NCBI GenBank assembly: GCA_034530875.2
Contig: JAVRCJ020000015.1
Coordinates: 112,744-176,743, forward strand
Direction: 5' to 3'
Length of the DNA stretch: 64,000 nt
Origin: Nostoc sp. DedSLP01
GTDB lineage: Bacteria > Cyanobacteriota > Cyanobacteriia > Cyanobacteriales > Nostocaceae
The position numbers and the translations under genes are program-made. This document shows positions 32,220 through 42,229 of the stretch, piece by piece. The notes under the pieces are model-generated. The model searched no databases. It was not told the DNA's origin and saw only the letters and a list, made by a program, of their open reading frames with translations. The first letter of the stretch is position 1. Each line of letters starts with the position of its first letter.

Positions 32220-33389
32220 ATGAACCAGGCTAACAACGTACTCGAAAGCATATATCAGCCTGACCTAGAAATAATGAATCAGCCTGAGCTCGAGTTAGAG
32301 GAACTCTTAATAGATGATGAAGAGGACTTGCTGATCGTAGATGAAGGTGACGATGAGTTTTTAGAGCCTCAGTCTGATGAGGACGAGGCAAAGTCTGGAA
32401 AAGCCGCTAAATCGCGTCGTCGGACACAAAGCAAGAAAAAGCACTACACAGAAGATTCGATTCGGCTTTACTTGCAAGAAATTGGTAGAATTCGTCTGTT
32501 GCGGGCAGATGAAGAGATCGAATTAGCCCGTAAAATAGCGGATTTACTCGAATTAGAGAGGGTACGGGAAAGACTTTCAGAACAGTTGGATCGCGATCCT
32601 CGCGATAGTGAATGGGCAGAAGCCGTACAATTACCACTACCAGCTTTTCGTTATCGCCTGCACGTAGGACGCAGAGCGAAAGACAAGATGGTGCAATCCA
32701 ACTTGCGTCTTGTGGTTTCAATTGCCAAGAAGTACATGAATCGTGGTTTGTCGTTCCAAGACTTAATTCAGGAAGGCAGTCTCGGTTTGATTCGCGCTGC
32801 TGAAAAGTTTGACCACGAGAAAGGTTATAAGTTTTCTACCTACGCTACATGGTGGATTCGCCAAGCAATTACTCGCGCGATCGCGGATCAATCCCGCACA
32901 ATTCGCCTTCCTGTCCACCTTTACGAAACCATTTCTCGAATTAAGAAAACCACCAAACTTCTATCTCAAGAAATGGGTCGTAAGCCTACAGAAGAAGAAA
33001 TCGCCACTCGTATGGAAATGACCATTGAGAAGTTGCGATTTATTGCTAAATCAGCCCAGTTGCCTATTTCCTTAGAAACGCCCATTGGGAAAGAAGAAGA
33101 TTCTCGATTGGGCGATTTTATTGAATCCGATGGTGAAACCCCAGAAGATCAAGTTTCCAAAAACCTGTTGCGTGAAGACCTCGAAAAAGTCCTCGATAGT
33201 CTCAGCCCTCGCGAACGGGATGTTCTCAGATTGCGCTACGGCTTAGACGATGGTCGGATGAAGACACTTGAAGAAATTGGGCAGATTTTCAACGTCACCC
33301 GCGAACGCATTCGTCAAATTGAAGCGAAAGCACTGCGCAAGTTACGCCATCCAAACCGCAACAGCGTTCTCAAGGAATATATTCGGTAA
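32220..33389 (+). CDS. sigA: Principal RNA polymerase sigma factor SigA (RpoD)
   Basis: Acidic N-terminus, [67 protein letters not shown]. Confidence 0.97.
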   Translation: MNQANNVLESIYQPDLEIMNQPELELEELLIDDEEDLLIVDEGDDEFLEPQSDEDEAKSGKAAKSRRRTQSKKKHYTEDSIRLYLQEIGRIRLLRADEEIELARKIADLLELERVRERLSEQLDRDPRDSEWAEAVQLPLPAFRYRLHVGRRAKDKMVQSNLRLVVSIAKKYMNRGLSFQDLIQEGSLGLIRAAEKFDHEKGYKFSTYATWWIRQAITRAIADQSRTIRLPVHLYETISRIKKTTKLLSQEMGRKPTEEEIATRMEMTIEKLRFIAKSAQLPISLETPIGKEEDSRLGDFIESDGETPEDQVSKNLLREDLEKVLDSLSPRERDVLRLRYGLDDGRMKTLEEIGQIFNVTRERIRQIEAKALRKLRHPNRNSVLKEYIR

Positions 33390-33452
33390 TCAACAGTTAT
33401 TTGTTGTTAATAGTCATTAGTCATTAGTTAATAAACAAATGACTAATAACAA

Positions 33453-33502
33453 ATAAATAAAAAACCTGGTAGTGAATTAGCACTCCAGGTTTTTTTTATT
33501 TA
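33453..33502. terminator. Bidirectional terminator between sigA and hli
   Basis: A-run, CCTGG..AGTG / CACT..CCAGG hairpin, then a T-run. Confidence 0.75.
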
Positions 33503-33626
33503 TGGCTCATTTTAGATATTAAAACTTATACCAATTTGAAAAATGAATGAGATGGACGAATTTACAAAACCCTTTCTAGGCAAGAAATCTCAATCGAAAA
33601 TCTGAAATCCAAAATTCAAAATGGTA

Positions 33627-33812
33627 TTAGAGAATACCCCAGAAGTGTAGAAAACCTTCGCCAGAAAAAATTTCAATTAGTAATGCTGCAAAAAAACCAA
33701 TCATTGCCAAGCGACCGTTCCAAATTTCTGCTTGTGGAGTAAAGCCCCAACGCCAAGCATTACGATCTTCAACTACGGGAGTAGTAACTTTTGTTGTGGT
33801 TGCATTTGTCAT
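33627..33812 (-). CDS. hli: High-light-inducible protein (HLIP/SCP)
   Basis: [19 protein letters not shown] chlorophyll-binding motif; GGAGAA RBS. Confidence 0.95.
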   Translation of the reverse strand: MTNATTTKVTTPVVEDRNAWRWGFTPQAEIWNGRLAMIGFFAALLIEIFSGEGFLHFWGIL

Positions 33813-33851
33813 GATTTATTCTCCAAATTAAATTTTTAATTTTTATTGTCT

Positions 33852-33869
33852 TACGTAAACTAATATAAC
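33852..33869 (-). promoter_or_regulatory. HLR1 (RpaB-binding) element upstream of hli
   Basis: Minus-strand GTTATATT-AG-TTTACGTA matches (G/T)TTACA(T/A)(T/A)-N2-repeat with one mismatch per half, 40 bp upstream of the hli start. Confidence 0.6.
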
Positions 33870-34412
33870 AATATTTTTCATTCTTGCAACATAGTATTAT
33901 ATTTTTATTGCGATAGCTTGACATTAGCAGCAAGAGTTGAAATTTAAAGTAGCTAAAACATCTATCTGTAGTTTGATTTACCTGTAAGTAACAAAAAATT
34001 TTATTGATATAGATTGTCAATTATTTTAACATTCTAGGTATGATTTACAGCTAGATGAGTTTAAAAAAGCAACTTAAATTACAGCTAGATATATATTAAT
34101 TAGCTTCTTATTAAAAATCTATAGCGTTAGCTTAGACAAAATACTTACAGTTCAAAGTTTAAAGTAAGTTGGCGAAAAAAATTAAATGTATATGAAGAAA
34201 TATAAATTCGCCGTAGGGTGCGTTAATCCTAAAAAAGAGTACGACATCTTCAGGTGCGTTGCACCTACTTTAAAAAGTTAAATTAGAGCTATTAAAAATA
34301 AAATAAATTTATCAGTTTTAAGAAGTGAAATTTAATAAGTTAATGTTTAAACTGTTTGAGCGTAGAGCGAAAAAACTTAGAGCAAACAGCAAACTAATGA
34401 GTTTGACAAAAC

Positions 34413-34509
34413 TATAGCGATTCTCGTTTGGATGCAACACGCTGTGAGGGCTTTACAGCTGTAAAGCCCCTACGAATTGGCGTATTTTACCCAATTGAGA
34501 ACCGCTATA
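34413..34509. mobile_element. MITE-like element carrying an internal palindrome
   Basis: Ends TATAGCGATTCTC / GAGAACCGCTATA; internal GGGCTTTACAGCTGTAAAGCCC, of the same family as the palindrome at 6199-6428 and 61081. Confidence 0.6.
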
Positions 34510-34644
34510 TTCTTACGTTTCTGGTGGCTACTGCTTTGGAATTATCTTTAATATCGCCAGCCTCATGCAGGAGTTGAAGGCGTAGTCGAACTAGTACCTC
34601 TAACTCCTATAAATTACCTTGTTGCAAATTAAACATCACGCTAA

Positions 34645-37155
34645 TTAAGCTCGGACTTCGGCGACGGTGATAATTTTTTCATCGCGGTTGAGTTGGACGA
34701 TGCTTTCGCCTTTGACATCTCTGCTTAAAATAGGCACTTTTTCTACAGGTATCCGCACTACCCGGTCTTTGTTTGTCACGAGTGCTACTTCACCAGAAGC
34801 CTTTACCATCGCGGCTAAATTATCAGTTTTACTGGTAAATTTCAGTGCTTGCGTGCCTAAATCGCCGCGATTAGCTCCTCTTAATTGACTCGCAATCATC
34901 CGTTTCGCATATCCTTCTTGAGTAACTAACAATAGCTGGTCATCTTTACTTACAGTGACACAGCCAACCATTTGCTGATTTCTCAAGAGTCGGAATGCTT
35001 GTAAACCCATCGCTGTGCGCCCCATAATTGGTAATTGTTCGTCATTAACCGCAAAGCGCAATACTCGCCCTCCAGAACTAGCTAAAATTAGATGCTCCCC
35101 TGGAGTAGCGAATTGAGTAAATGACAATTCATCGTCATCTTTTAGCTTCAAAATCGTGATGCCGCGACGAGTTAAATTACTAAATTCCTCCAAAGCTAAA
35201 CGCTTAATTCGTCCCTGTTTTGTCAGCAGAACCATCTGGCTAGTTTCAAAATTCTCTGGTAATAAAAATCGACTAACCACATCTTCTTGAGCGCCTTGAG
35301 CAGTATTGCTGAGCATGGTAATCAGCGGCGTTCCTCGTGGAGAACGTCCGGTAATGGGGGGAATTTCTCCTACCTTCACAGGGTAGACTTTACCGCCACT
35401 AGTTAGTATCAGCAAATCTTTGTCTGTATCGGTCAATACACTTTGAATAATAAAATCATTCTCGTGCAGACCATTTTCAACTTTCGACTTTTTCCCAGAG
35501 GTATTAATACGACGGACATACCCGCGTTGAGTAAACTCTAATACTGCTTCCTGTGCTGGTTCAGAAGGTTTGGCATTGTCTTCTTCTTCCTCTGCTCCTC
35601 TGCCTTTCTGCCCCTCTGCCCTAGACCTATGCTCCTGCGCTAATGTACCCTTTGGTTCCTCTACTATTTTTGTGCGTCGGGCATCGTTGTACTTGCGCTT
35701 GAGCGATCGCAAATCTTTTTTCAGCGCCTTGAGTAATTCGTGGCGATCGCTAAGTAATCTTTGTAATAAATTAATTTGCTGGCTTAACTCTTCAAATTCC
35801 TGCTGCAAGTTTTGCTGCTCTAAACTAGTGAGGCGACGCAACGGCATAGCGAGAATTGCATCTGCTTGTCCCTCACTCAAATCTAGGCGGGTGCAAAGGT
35901 TAATTTTTGCGGTACTACCATCAGCAGCTTGGCGCAAAATTTCAATTACTGCATCCAAATTAGATAAAGCTTTGAGCAAACCTTCCACCAAATGCGATCG
36001 ACTTTGGGCTTTCTCCAACTCATAACTGTAGCGACGGTTGAGAGTTTGTTCTCTAAAACTCAAAAACTCCTGCAAAAGTTGCCGCAAACTTAACTGGCGG
36101 GGTTGTCCATCTACTATTGCCAAGAGAATTGCGCCAAAGTTACTTTGTAAAGCAGTTTGGTGAAATAAATTTTGCAGAACTTCTTGGGGATTGGTATCGC
36201 GTTTGAGTTCGATTACTACACGCATACCTTCGCGATCGCTTTCATCCCGCAGGTCAGAAATTCCCTGCAAGCGGCCTTGATTTACTAAGTCCGCTACCTT
36301 CTCAATCCAGCCTGCTTTATTTACTTGATATGGCAATTCAGTGACAATAATTGCCGTCCGTCGCTTGCTTCCCCTCGTGGCTGGAATTTCTTCCAACGTC
36401 ACCAGTCCCCGCAGCACAATTCCACCCTTACCTGTGGTGTAGGCTTCCCGAATTCCTGCTTCACCAACTATTTCTCCACCTGTGGGAAAGTCGGGGCCTG
36501 GAATTAACTCGAATAACTTTTCATCTGGTAAATCTGGAGTATCAATTAATGCAATCAAGCCATCGACTATTTCCCCCAAATTGTGCGGTGGAATATTTGT
36601 CGCCATTCCCACGGCAATCCCAGAACAGCCATTGAGCAATAGAAAAGGCAATTGAGCAGGTAGTACCGTCGGTTCTTGCTGGGAATTATCAAAGTTACCG
36701 ACAAATTCCACCGTTTCTTCGCCAATTTCCGCCAGCATTCCCTCATGACTGATAGGCGCAAGCCGCGTTTCTGTGTAGCGCATCGCCGCCGGTGGGTCAT
36801 TATCGACGCTGCCAAAGTTACCATGTCCTGCCAGTAGGGGATAGCGGCTAGAAAATTCCTGTACCAGCCTGACTAGCGCATCGTAAACCGCTTGATCCCC
36901 ATGAGGATGGTATTTACCGAGAACATCACCCACTACACGGGCGCATTTGCGATAAGGTCTATCCGGTACCAAACCGAGTTCGTGCATTGCGTACAGAATG
37001 CGGCGATGCACTGGTTTTAAGCCATCACGCACGTCTGGTAGCGCTCGCCCGACAATTACGCTCATGGCATATTCTAAGTAAGACCGTTGCATCTCCGTGT
37101 GCAGGGCTGTTGTAATGACCTGTCCCGTTGAGAGAAGGTTTAACTGTTTTGCCAT
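34645..37155 (-). CDS. gyrA: Type II topoisomerase subunit A (GyrA/ParC paralog)
   Basis: [42 protein letters not shown] (catalytic Tyr) and C-terminal beta-pinwheel blades. No canonical QRRGGKG GyrA-box is seen, so it may be the ParC-like copy. Confidence 0.85.
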   Translation of the reverse strand: MAKQLNLLSTGQVITTALHTEMQRSYLEYAMSVIVGRALPDVRDGLKPVHRRILYAMHELGLVPDRPYRKCARVVGDVLGKYHPHGDQAVYDALVRLVQEFSSRYPLLAGHGNFGSVDNDPPAAMRYTETRLAPISHEGMLAEIGEETVEFVGNFDNSQQEPTVLPAQLPFLLLNGCSGIAVGMATNIPPHNLGEIVDGLIALIDTPDLPDEKLFELIPGPDFPTGGEIVGEAGIREAYTTGKGGIVLRGLVTLEEIPATRGSKRRTAIIVTELPYQVNKAGWIEKVADLVNQGRLQGISDLRDESDREGMRVVIELKRDTNPQEVLQNLFHQTALQSNFGAILLAIVDGQPRQLSLRQLLQEFLSFREQTLNRRYSYELEKAQSRSHLVEGLLKALSNLDAVIEILRQAADGSTAKINLCTRLDLSEGQADAILAMPLRRLTSLEQQNLQQEFEELSQQINLLQRLLSDRHELLKALKKDLRSLKRKYNDARRTKIVEEPKGTLAQEHRSRAEGQKGRGAEEEEDNAKPSEPAQEAVLEFTQRGYVRRINTSGKKSKVENGLHENDFIIQSVLTDTDKDLLILTSGGKVYPVKVGEIPPITGRSPRGTPLITMLSNTAQGAQEDVVSRFLLPENFETSQMVLLTKQGRIKRLALEEFSNLTRRGITILKLKDDDELSFTQFATPGEHLILASSGGRVLRFAVNDEQLPIMGRTAMGLQAFRLLRNQQMVGCVTVSKDDQLLLVTQEGYAKRMIASQLRGANRGDLGTQALKFTSKTDNLAAMVKASGEVALVTNKDRVVRIPVEKVPILSRDVKGESIVQLNRDEKIITVAEVRA

Positions 37156-37675
37156 GAGTTTTTTCCCTGAAATTTAACTATACAAAAACCGATGGAACTC
37201 AATACTCCAGCAACCACAGCATAACGGATGAAATGGGATTCCTGACAAAATCTTGATAGTCACAGAATAAAAAGCAGTAGTATCATCCTTGATGATGAGG
37301 CTGTAAATTGACTATTAAAAAGAAGACAGACGAATATAATCTACATACATTTAGTAGCTAGGATATTTACCATGATTGCATTTCTTAATTTTAAATTTTG
37401 GGCAAAGTTTGGATCGGTTGGGATAATGGCTATGCCAACCCTAAAAGCCAACTGACGCCACTGCAACGCTAAAGGCAAATAAGCCAAGATACAAATACAA
37501 CAAAATGGCTCAACTTTCCAACAGTAATTTTGAATTCTGCCAAAAGTTTCTAGCTTGCTTGCTGAGTTGAAAACTTTTGCTCCGATCGCTAGCAGAACCC
37601 CAAAGATTATGCCTAGCGCTCGCAACAGCCCAAGACGAATTTTTGAGTTCCTCCACCTCTATAAGTAAAATTCTC

Positions 37676-38080
37676 ATGAAAACCGTTTTAATTGTCGAAG
37701 ACGATCTAATTAATGCTCGTGTTTTTTCCAAGATTTTGTCCAAGCGTGGCGGCTTGGGTGTAAAACACACTGAAAATGTGGAAGAAGTAATACAAATTGC
37801 CCAATCAGGAGAGGCAGACTTGATTTTGATGGACGTTTCTCTTTCCAGAAGTGTTTATCAAGGCAAATCGGTTGATGGAATCAAGATTACACAAATGTTG
37901 AAATCAGACCCAAAAACGGCAAACTTACCCGTTATTCTGGTGACAGCACACGCTATGGAAGGCGATCGCGAGAACTTTCTCAAACAAAGCGGCGCCGATG
38001 GCTACATTTCTAAACCAGTTGTTGACCATCAACAATTTGTTGACCAAATCATCACGCTTCTACCCACAGACAACCAGTGA
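37676..38080 (+). CDS. Single-domain response regulator (DivK-like)
   Basis: KTVLIVEDD, DLILMDVSL, IDG/VDG motif, LVTAHAMEGD, YISKP; ATG at 37676. Confidence 0.9.
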   Translation: MKTVLIVEDDLINARVFSKILSKRGGLGVKHTENVEEVIQIAQSGEADLILMDVSLSRSVYQGKSVDGIKITQMLKSDPKTANLPVILVTAHAMEGDRENFLKQSGADGYISKPVVDHQQFVDQIITLLPTDNQ

Positions 38081-38338
38081 CACATCGCGACTTCTTTTCG
38101 GAATACTTGTCCATCAATCTTTTTGACCGACTAGTTCCTATCTTTAATTAAGTATATATGTACTATAAACAGGTACTCTTCGGCAAGTAGTAATGGGATT
38201 TGGTTATAGGGCATGGGGCAGTGGAATGGGGAAAAGGAAAGGGGTAAGGGGGAAAAGGGGAATGATTAAATTTATTCCTTTTCCCTTTTCCCTTTAACCT
38301 TTTCCCCTTGCTCCCCTGCCCCTCTGCTTCCCCCACTT

Positions 38339-39223
38339 CTACTGTGCAGGCTGTTGTTCCGGGGCTGATGATGAGCTTCCCCCTTGTAGGGCTGCTTGAA
38401 TACGAGGTAATTCTAGGAATTTTTTCGTATCAGCTAGTAGGCGATCGCCCCAAAGATTTTCTTTAAGAAAATTTAAACTACCATAGCGCGGATCGATGCG
38501 GAGTGCGGCTTCTCCAAAGGTGAGTCCTTGTTGTCGATCGCCTTTAGTATATAGTGCCACTGCCAAAGCGAGTAAAGGTTCTGCGGCTTGTTTATCAATG
38601 CTTACAGCCGATTGCCATTGTTTAATGGCTCCTGAGATGTCACCTTGTTCGTAGTTGATTAAGCCTATATTGTTAATCGCCGGCCAGAATTTTTTATCTT
38701 GATTCCAAGCTCGATCGTATTGGGCGATCGCATCTGGCAGTCTGCCCAATTGAAAATAAGCATTACCCAAATCAAATAACCCTTCTGGGTCATTGGGTTT
38801 TAACTTCAAACCGTCTTGATAATTGGTAACAGCCTCTTGGTACTTTTTCTGCTGAAAATTAGCTGAACCTAGAGCAAAGAGAATATCAGCATTTTTAGGG
38901 TTTAGGGATTGGGCTTTTTTTAACGAAGCGATCGCTCCATCAAACTCTTTGGTTTGTAACTGCAACCCACCCAAAAGCAACCAGACTTTATCATTTTTAG
39001 GAGCCAGTTGACTAGCCAATCGCGCTCGTGGCAAAGCTAAGTCAACCTGTTGAAATTGAGCTAGTTGAGCCGCCTCTTGTGCCAGAGTTAACCCCTGCTT
39101 TTCTAACTTTGCCGGATCTAATTGCAGTGTATGGGGTATTAATGCCTGTGCGTTAGCGGCTTTTGGTACGCTCCATAAACTACAGACAACCAGAAGAAAA
39201 ATTAAATAAAAATGTTTATGCAC
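38339..39223 (-). CDS. Secreted tetratricopeptide repeat protein
   Basis: Signal peptide (ANA-QA) and successive TPR helices (A..LNPKNA.ILFALG, LKPNDPEGLFDLGNAY). Confidence 0.9.
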   Translation of the reverse strand: MHKHFYLIFLLVVCSLWSVPKAANAQALIPHTLQLDPAKLEKQGLTLAQEAAQLAQFQQVDLALPRARLASQLAPKNDKVWLLLGGLQLQTKEFDGAIASLKKAQSLNPKNADILFALGSANFQQKKYQEAVTNYQDGLKLKPNDPEGLFDLGNAYFQLGRLPDAIAQYDRAWNQDKKFWPAINNIGLINYEQGDISGAIKQWQSAVSIDKQAAEPLLALAVALYTKGDRQQGLTFGEAALRIDPRYGSLNFLKENLWGDRLLADTKKFLELPRIQAALQGGSSSSAPEQQPAQ

Positions 39224-39305
39224 ACTACCGCCTCTCAGCCATTTCTCAAAGAATCTTTCAGCTAGCTTAAACGATCTCCGCTATTGACGGCAGTAAAATC
39301 TTGGA

Positions 39306-39467
39306 TTGGGCATGGGGCATGGAAGATGATGAGGGAGAGTTAAAACTAAAAGTTTAGAGTTCAGAGGTTCAATATTCGAGTAAAAAGGCTTAACGTTCGA
39401 GTTCAGAGGTTCAACGTTCAAACTTATCTCCCCATGCCCAATGCCCAATGCCCCATGCCCCATTCCC
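39306..39467. repeat. STRR-flanked 21-nt tandem array (3 units)
   Basis: Leader AAGATGATGAGGGAGAGTTAAAACTAAAAGTTT; units GAGTTCAGAGGTTCAATATTC, GAGTAAAAAGGCTTAACGTTC and GAGTTCAGAGGTTCAACGTTC (39357-39419); inverted GGGCAT/ATGCCC flanks. Confidence 0.7.
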
Positions 39468-39759
39468 TACTAGAAAAACTGATGACTTTGGTCATACATC
39501 AGTCTGGAATTAGTAGTGACTTTGGTCATATATGGATTTGGACGTTTAGATCGATAATTATTATGTATGAATTTATACGATAAGCTAAATATTAGGTATT
39601 TTACAGAAGATTTCAACTTAGTAAAGTACGTAACTTGGATTTGTAGCCAAACATCAAGTATGTTGTACTTCCCAATTATCAATTCTGAATTCTGCTGTAA
39701 TACAAAAACAACTGTCTAAAATTCTTGAATTAAAACCGAAGCACAAAGGAGTTAATTCT

Positions 39760-40275
39760 ATGTTGAAAAAAAACTGTGCGTTTATAATCTTAGCTGCTGC
39801 GACGCTCATTGCTCCTACTTTCTTGAGTGCGCCCGCAAGTGCCCAAACGGAAGTTAATGTTATTGGTGAGAGCGATGAATATTGGAACCGCGACGCCAGA
39901 CCCAATCCTGTACAAGTCGGCGCTCCTCCAAGGTGGGACAATTCTAATCGTGGCGCCAGACCCAATCGCGTAAAAGTCAGAGCTTACCCAAGGCGCGAAA
40001 ATTACAATCGCCGCCGCACAACCAATCCTGTGGAAGTCAGAACTTACCCAACCTGGGGTAATTCCAATCGTGGTGCCAGACCCAATCGTGTAGAAGTCGG
40101 AGCTCCGCCAAGGTGGGACAACTGGAACCGCGATGGCAGAGCCAATCCTAGAAGAGTAAAAAATCGTCCAAACTGGGGCAATAGGAACCGTGGCGCCATA
40201 CCCAGTCCTGTAGAAGTTAGAACTTCACCAACTTGGGACAATTGGAACTGGAACAACCAACCTGATACTAGGTAA
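39760..40275 (+). CDS. Secreted protein made of about six 20-aa Arg/Pro/Asn/Trp-rich repeats
   Basis: AAAGGAG RBS, Sec signal ending ASA-QT, 60-nt repeats with consensus NRxARPNxVEVxxxPxWxNx. Confidence 0.8.
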   Translation: MLKKNCAFIILAAATLIAPTFLSAPASAQTEVNVIGESDEYWNRDARPNPVQVGAPPRWDNSNRGARPNRVKVRAYPRRENYNRRRTTNPVEVRTYPTWGNSNRGARPNRVEVGAPPRWDNWNRDGRANPRRVKNRPNWGNRNRGAIPSPVEVRTSPTWDNWNWNNQPDTR

Positions 40276-40584
40276 TCAGACTTGGTAAAAGTGACATTAG
40301 ATATCCCAATGGACAGATTATTATTGCTAGGAACTTAGTAAAACTTGATAATCAAAGCTACTTTGAAATCCTAGTAAGTTTATTCTTCAAATTCAGGAAA
40401 TTGTTCCTGCTAAAGGATTGCTAAGAGTGCATAATGGTTATTTCAGTATTCCTGATGGACAGCTACTGCAAATCAACCTTTAAAACACTAAAAAGTCACA
40501 ATTATTGTCAGCATGGAGCTACCAGGCTATAGTCTAGCTGTAAAGAATAGCTTGGTAGCCATTCCTTATAGGCTAAAAACGGAT

Positions 40585-42207
40585 ATGCAATTTGATACAG
40601 AAAATTCTGTAAATTCACCAGTTTTAATTCCAGAGACAAAGAAAAAAAAGGGTAAAAGAAATTTGCTTTCTTGGTTACTTATCTTTGTACTTTTGGGTGG
40701 GATTGGTTACACAGTTTATTACCAAGTAGCTGTAGTTCCGCGTCAAGAAGCCAGACGTCGGGTGCTAACAAGACCTGTAGAAAGACAGAATTTAGTAATC
40801 AAAGTTTCAGCTAATGGTGAGGTGAAACCTGAGCGCTCAATCAACCTCAGTCCGAAAAATTCAGGTGTACTCAAAACATTACTTGTAAAGGAAGGAGATA
40901 TCGTCAGGCAAGGGCAGATTTTAGCTTACATGGATGATTCCAACCTCCGGGGACAACTCACTTCTGCTCAAGGACAATTGGCGCAAGCCCAAGCAAATCT
41001 GCAAAAAGCTCAAGCAGGCAATCGCCCTCAAGATATTGCCCAAGCACAGGCACAACTCGATGAAGCCCAGGCGAATCTGCAAAAGGTACAAGCAGGCAAT
41101 CGCCCTCAAGATATTGCCCAAGCACAGGCACGTTTACAAAGCGCTCAAGCAAACTTGAGCAAAGCGGAAGATGATTTTCGCCGCAATCAGGATCTTTACA
41201 ATGCACGGGCTATTTCTCTTCAAGCTCTAAATCAAAGCCGTGCCGATAGGGATAGCGCTCAAGGTGCTGTCAACGAAGCACAGCAAGCGCTGGCTTTGCA
41301 ACAAGCTGGGTCGCGTCGAGAAGACATCGAACAAGCACGAGCTGTGGTCAACCAAAGGCAACAAGCTTTGGCACTCCTCAAAGCCGGAACGCGCCAAGAA
41401 GACATAGACGCAGCCCGCGCCCAGGTAACATCTGCTCGCGGTTCGTTGCAAAACATCCAAGCCGAAATCAATGACACGATTATTCGCGCCCCTTTTGATG
41501 GCGTGGTGACAAAGAAGTATGCCGACCCTGGCGCTTTCGTAACTCCCACAACTGCTAGTAGTGACATATCTTCTGCTACTTCTTCTTCAATCTTGTCTCT
41601 GGCCTCCACAAATGAAGTTGTCGCCAATTTAGCGGAAACCAATATTTCTAAAATCAGCCTCGGTCAAAAAGTTACCATTCAGGCGGATGCTTACCCGGGA
41701 AAAATCTTTACAGGAAAAGTCAGGCAAATCGCAGCCCAATCTGTAGTAGAACAAAACGTTACCAGTTTTGAAGTCAGAGTGTCGCTTTCAGACCCGGAAA
41801 AGATACTACGGTCTGGGATGAATGTGGAAGCAGATTTTCAAGTCGGTGAAGTGAAAAATGTTTTAGCGGTGCCAACAGCCTCGGTGGTACGTCAAGAAAA
41901 TGCTACAGGCGTGTTTGTCCAAGGAAAGAATAACAGACCTGTATTCACTCCGATTGAGACGGGCGTCACCGCGAATAACTTTACTGAAGTTAAGTCTGGA
42001 TTGACAGGAAACGAAAGAGTATTGCTCAGTTTCCCACCAGGAGCGCGTCCCCAATCAACACCAAGAGGAGGAGTTTTTCCTGGCCTGGGAGGTGGCGGAG
42101 GCGGAGGAGGAAGAGGATCTGGCGCAGGAGGAGCAGGCGCAGGAGGAGCAGGAGGAACAGGAGGAACAGGAGGAACAGGAGGCCGTTCGCGCGGTGGTTC
42201 CCCTTAA
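40585..42207 (+). CDS. Efflux periplasmic adaptor (HlyD/MacA/DevB family)
   Basis: N-terminal TM, LLVKEGDIVRQGQILA lipoyl half, long coiled coil (AGNRPQDIAQAQ x2), IRAPFDGVV, Gly-rich tail; ATG 40585 preferred. Confidence 0.92.
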   Translation: MQFDTENSVNSPVLIPETKKKKGKRNLLSWLLIFVLLGGIGYTVYYQVAVVPRQEARRRVLTRPVERQNLVIKVSANGEVKPERSINLSPKNSGVLKTLLVKEGDIVRQGQILAYMDDSNLRGQLTSAQGQLAQAQANLQKAQAGNRPQDIAQAQAQLDEAQANLQKVQAGNRPQDIAQAQARLQSAQANLSKAEDDFRRNQDLYNARAISLQALNQSRADRDSAQGAVNEAQQALALQQAGSRREDIEQARAVVNQRQQALALLKAGTRQEDIDAARAQVTSARGSLQNIQAEINDTIIRAPFDGVVTKKYADPGAFVTPTTASSDISSATSSSILSLASTNEVVANLAETNISKISLGQKVTIQADAYPGKIFTGKVRQIAAQSVVEQNVTSFEVRVSLSDPEKILRSGMNVEADFQVGEVKNVLAVPTASVVRQENATGVFVQGKNNRPVFTPIETGVTANNFTEVKSGLTGNERVLLSFPPGARPQSTPRGGVFPGLGGGGGGGGRGSGAGGAGAGGAGGTGGTGGTGGRSRGGSP

Positions 42208-42229
42208 AGTTAGTTTTAAATAATACTTT

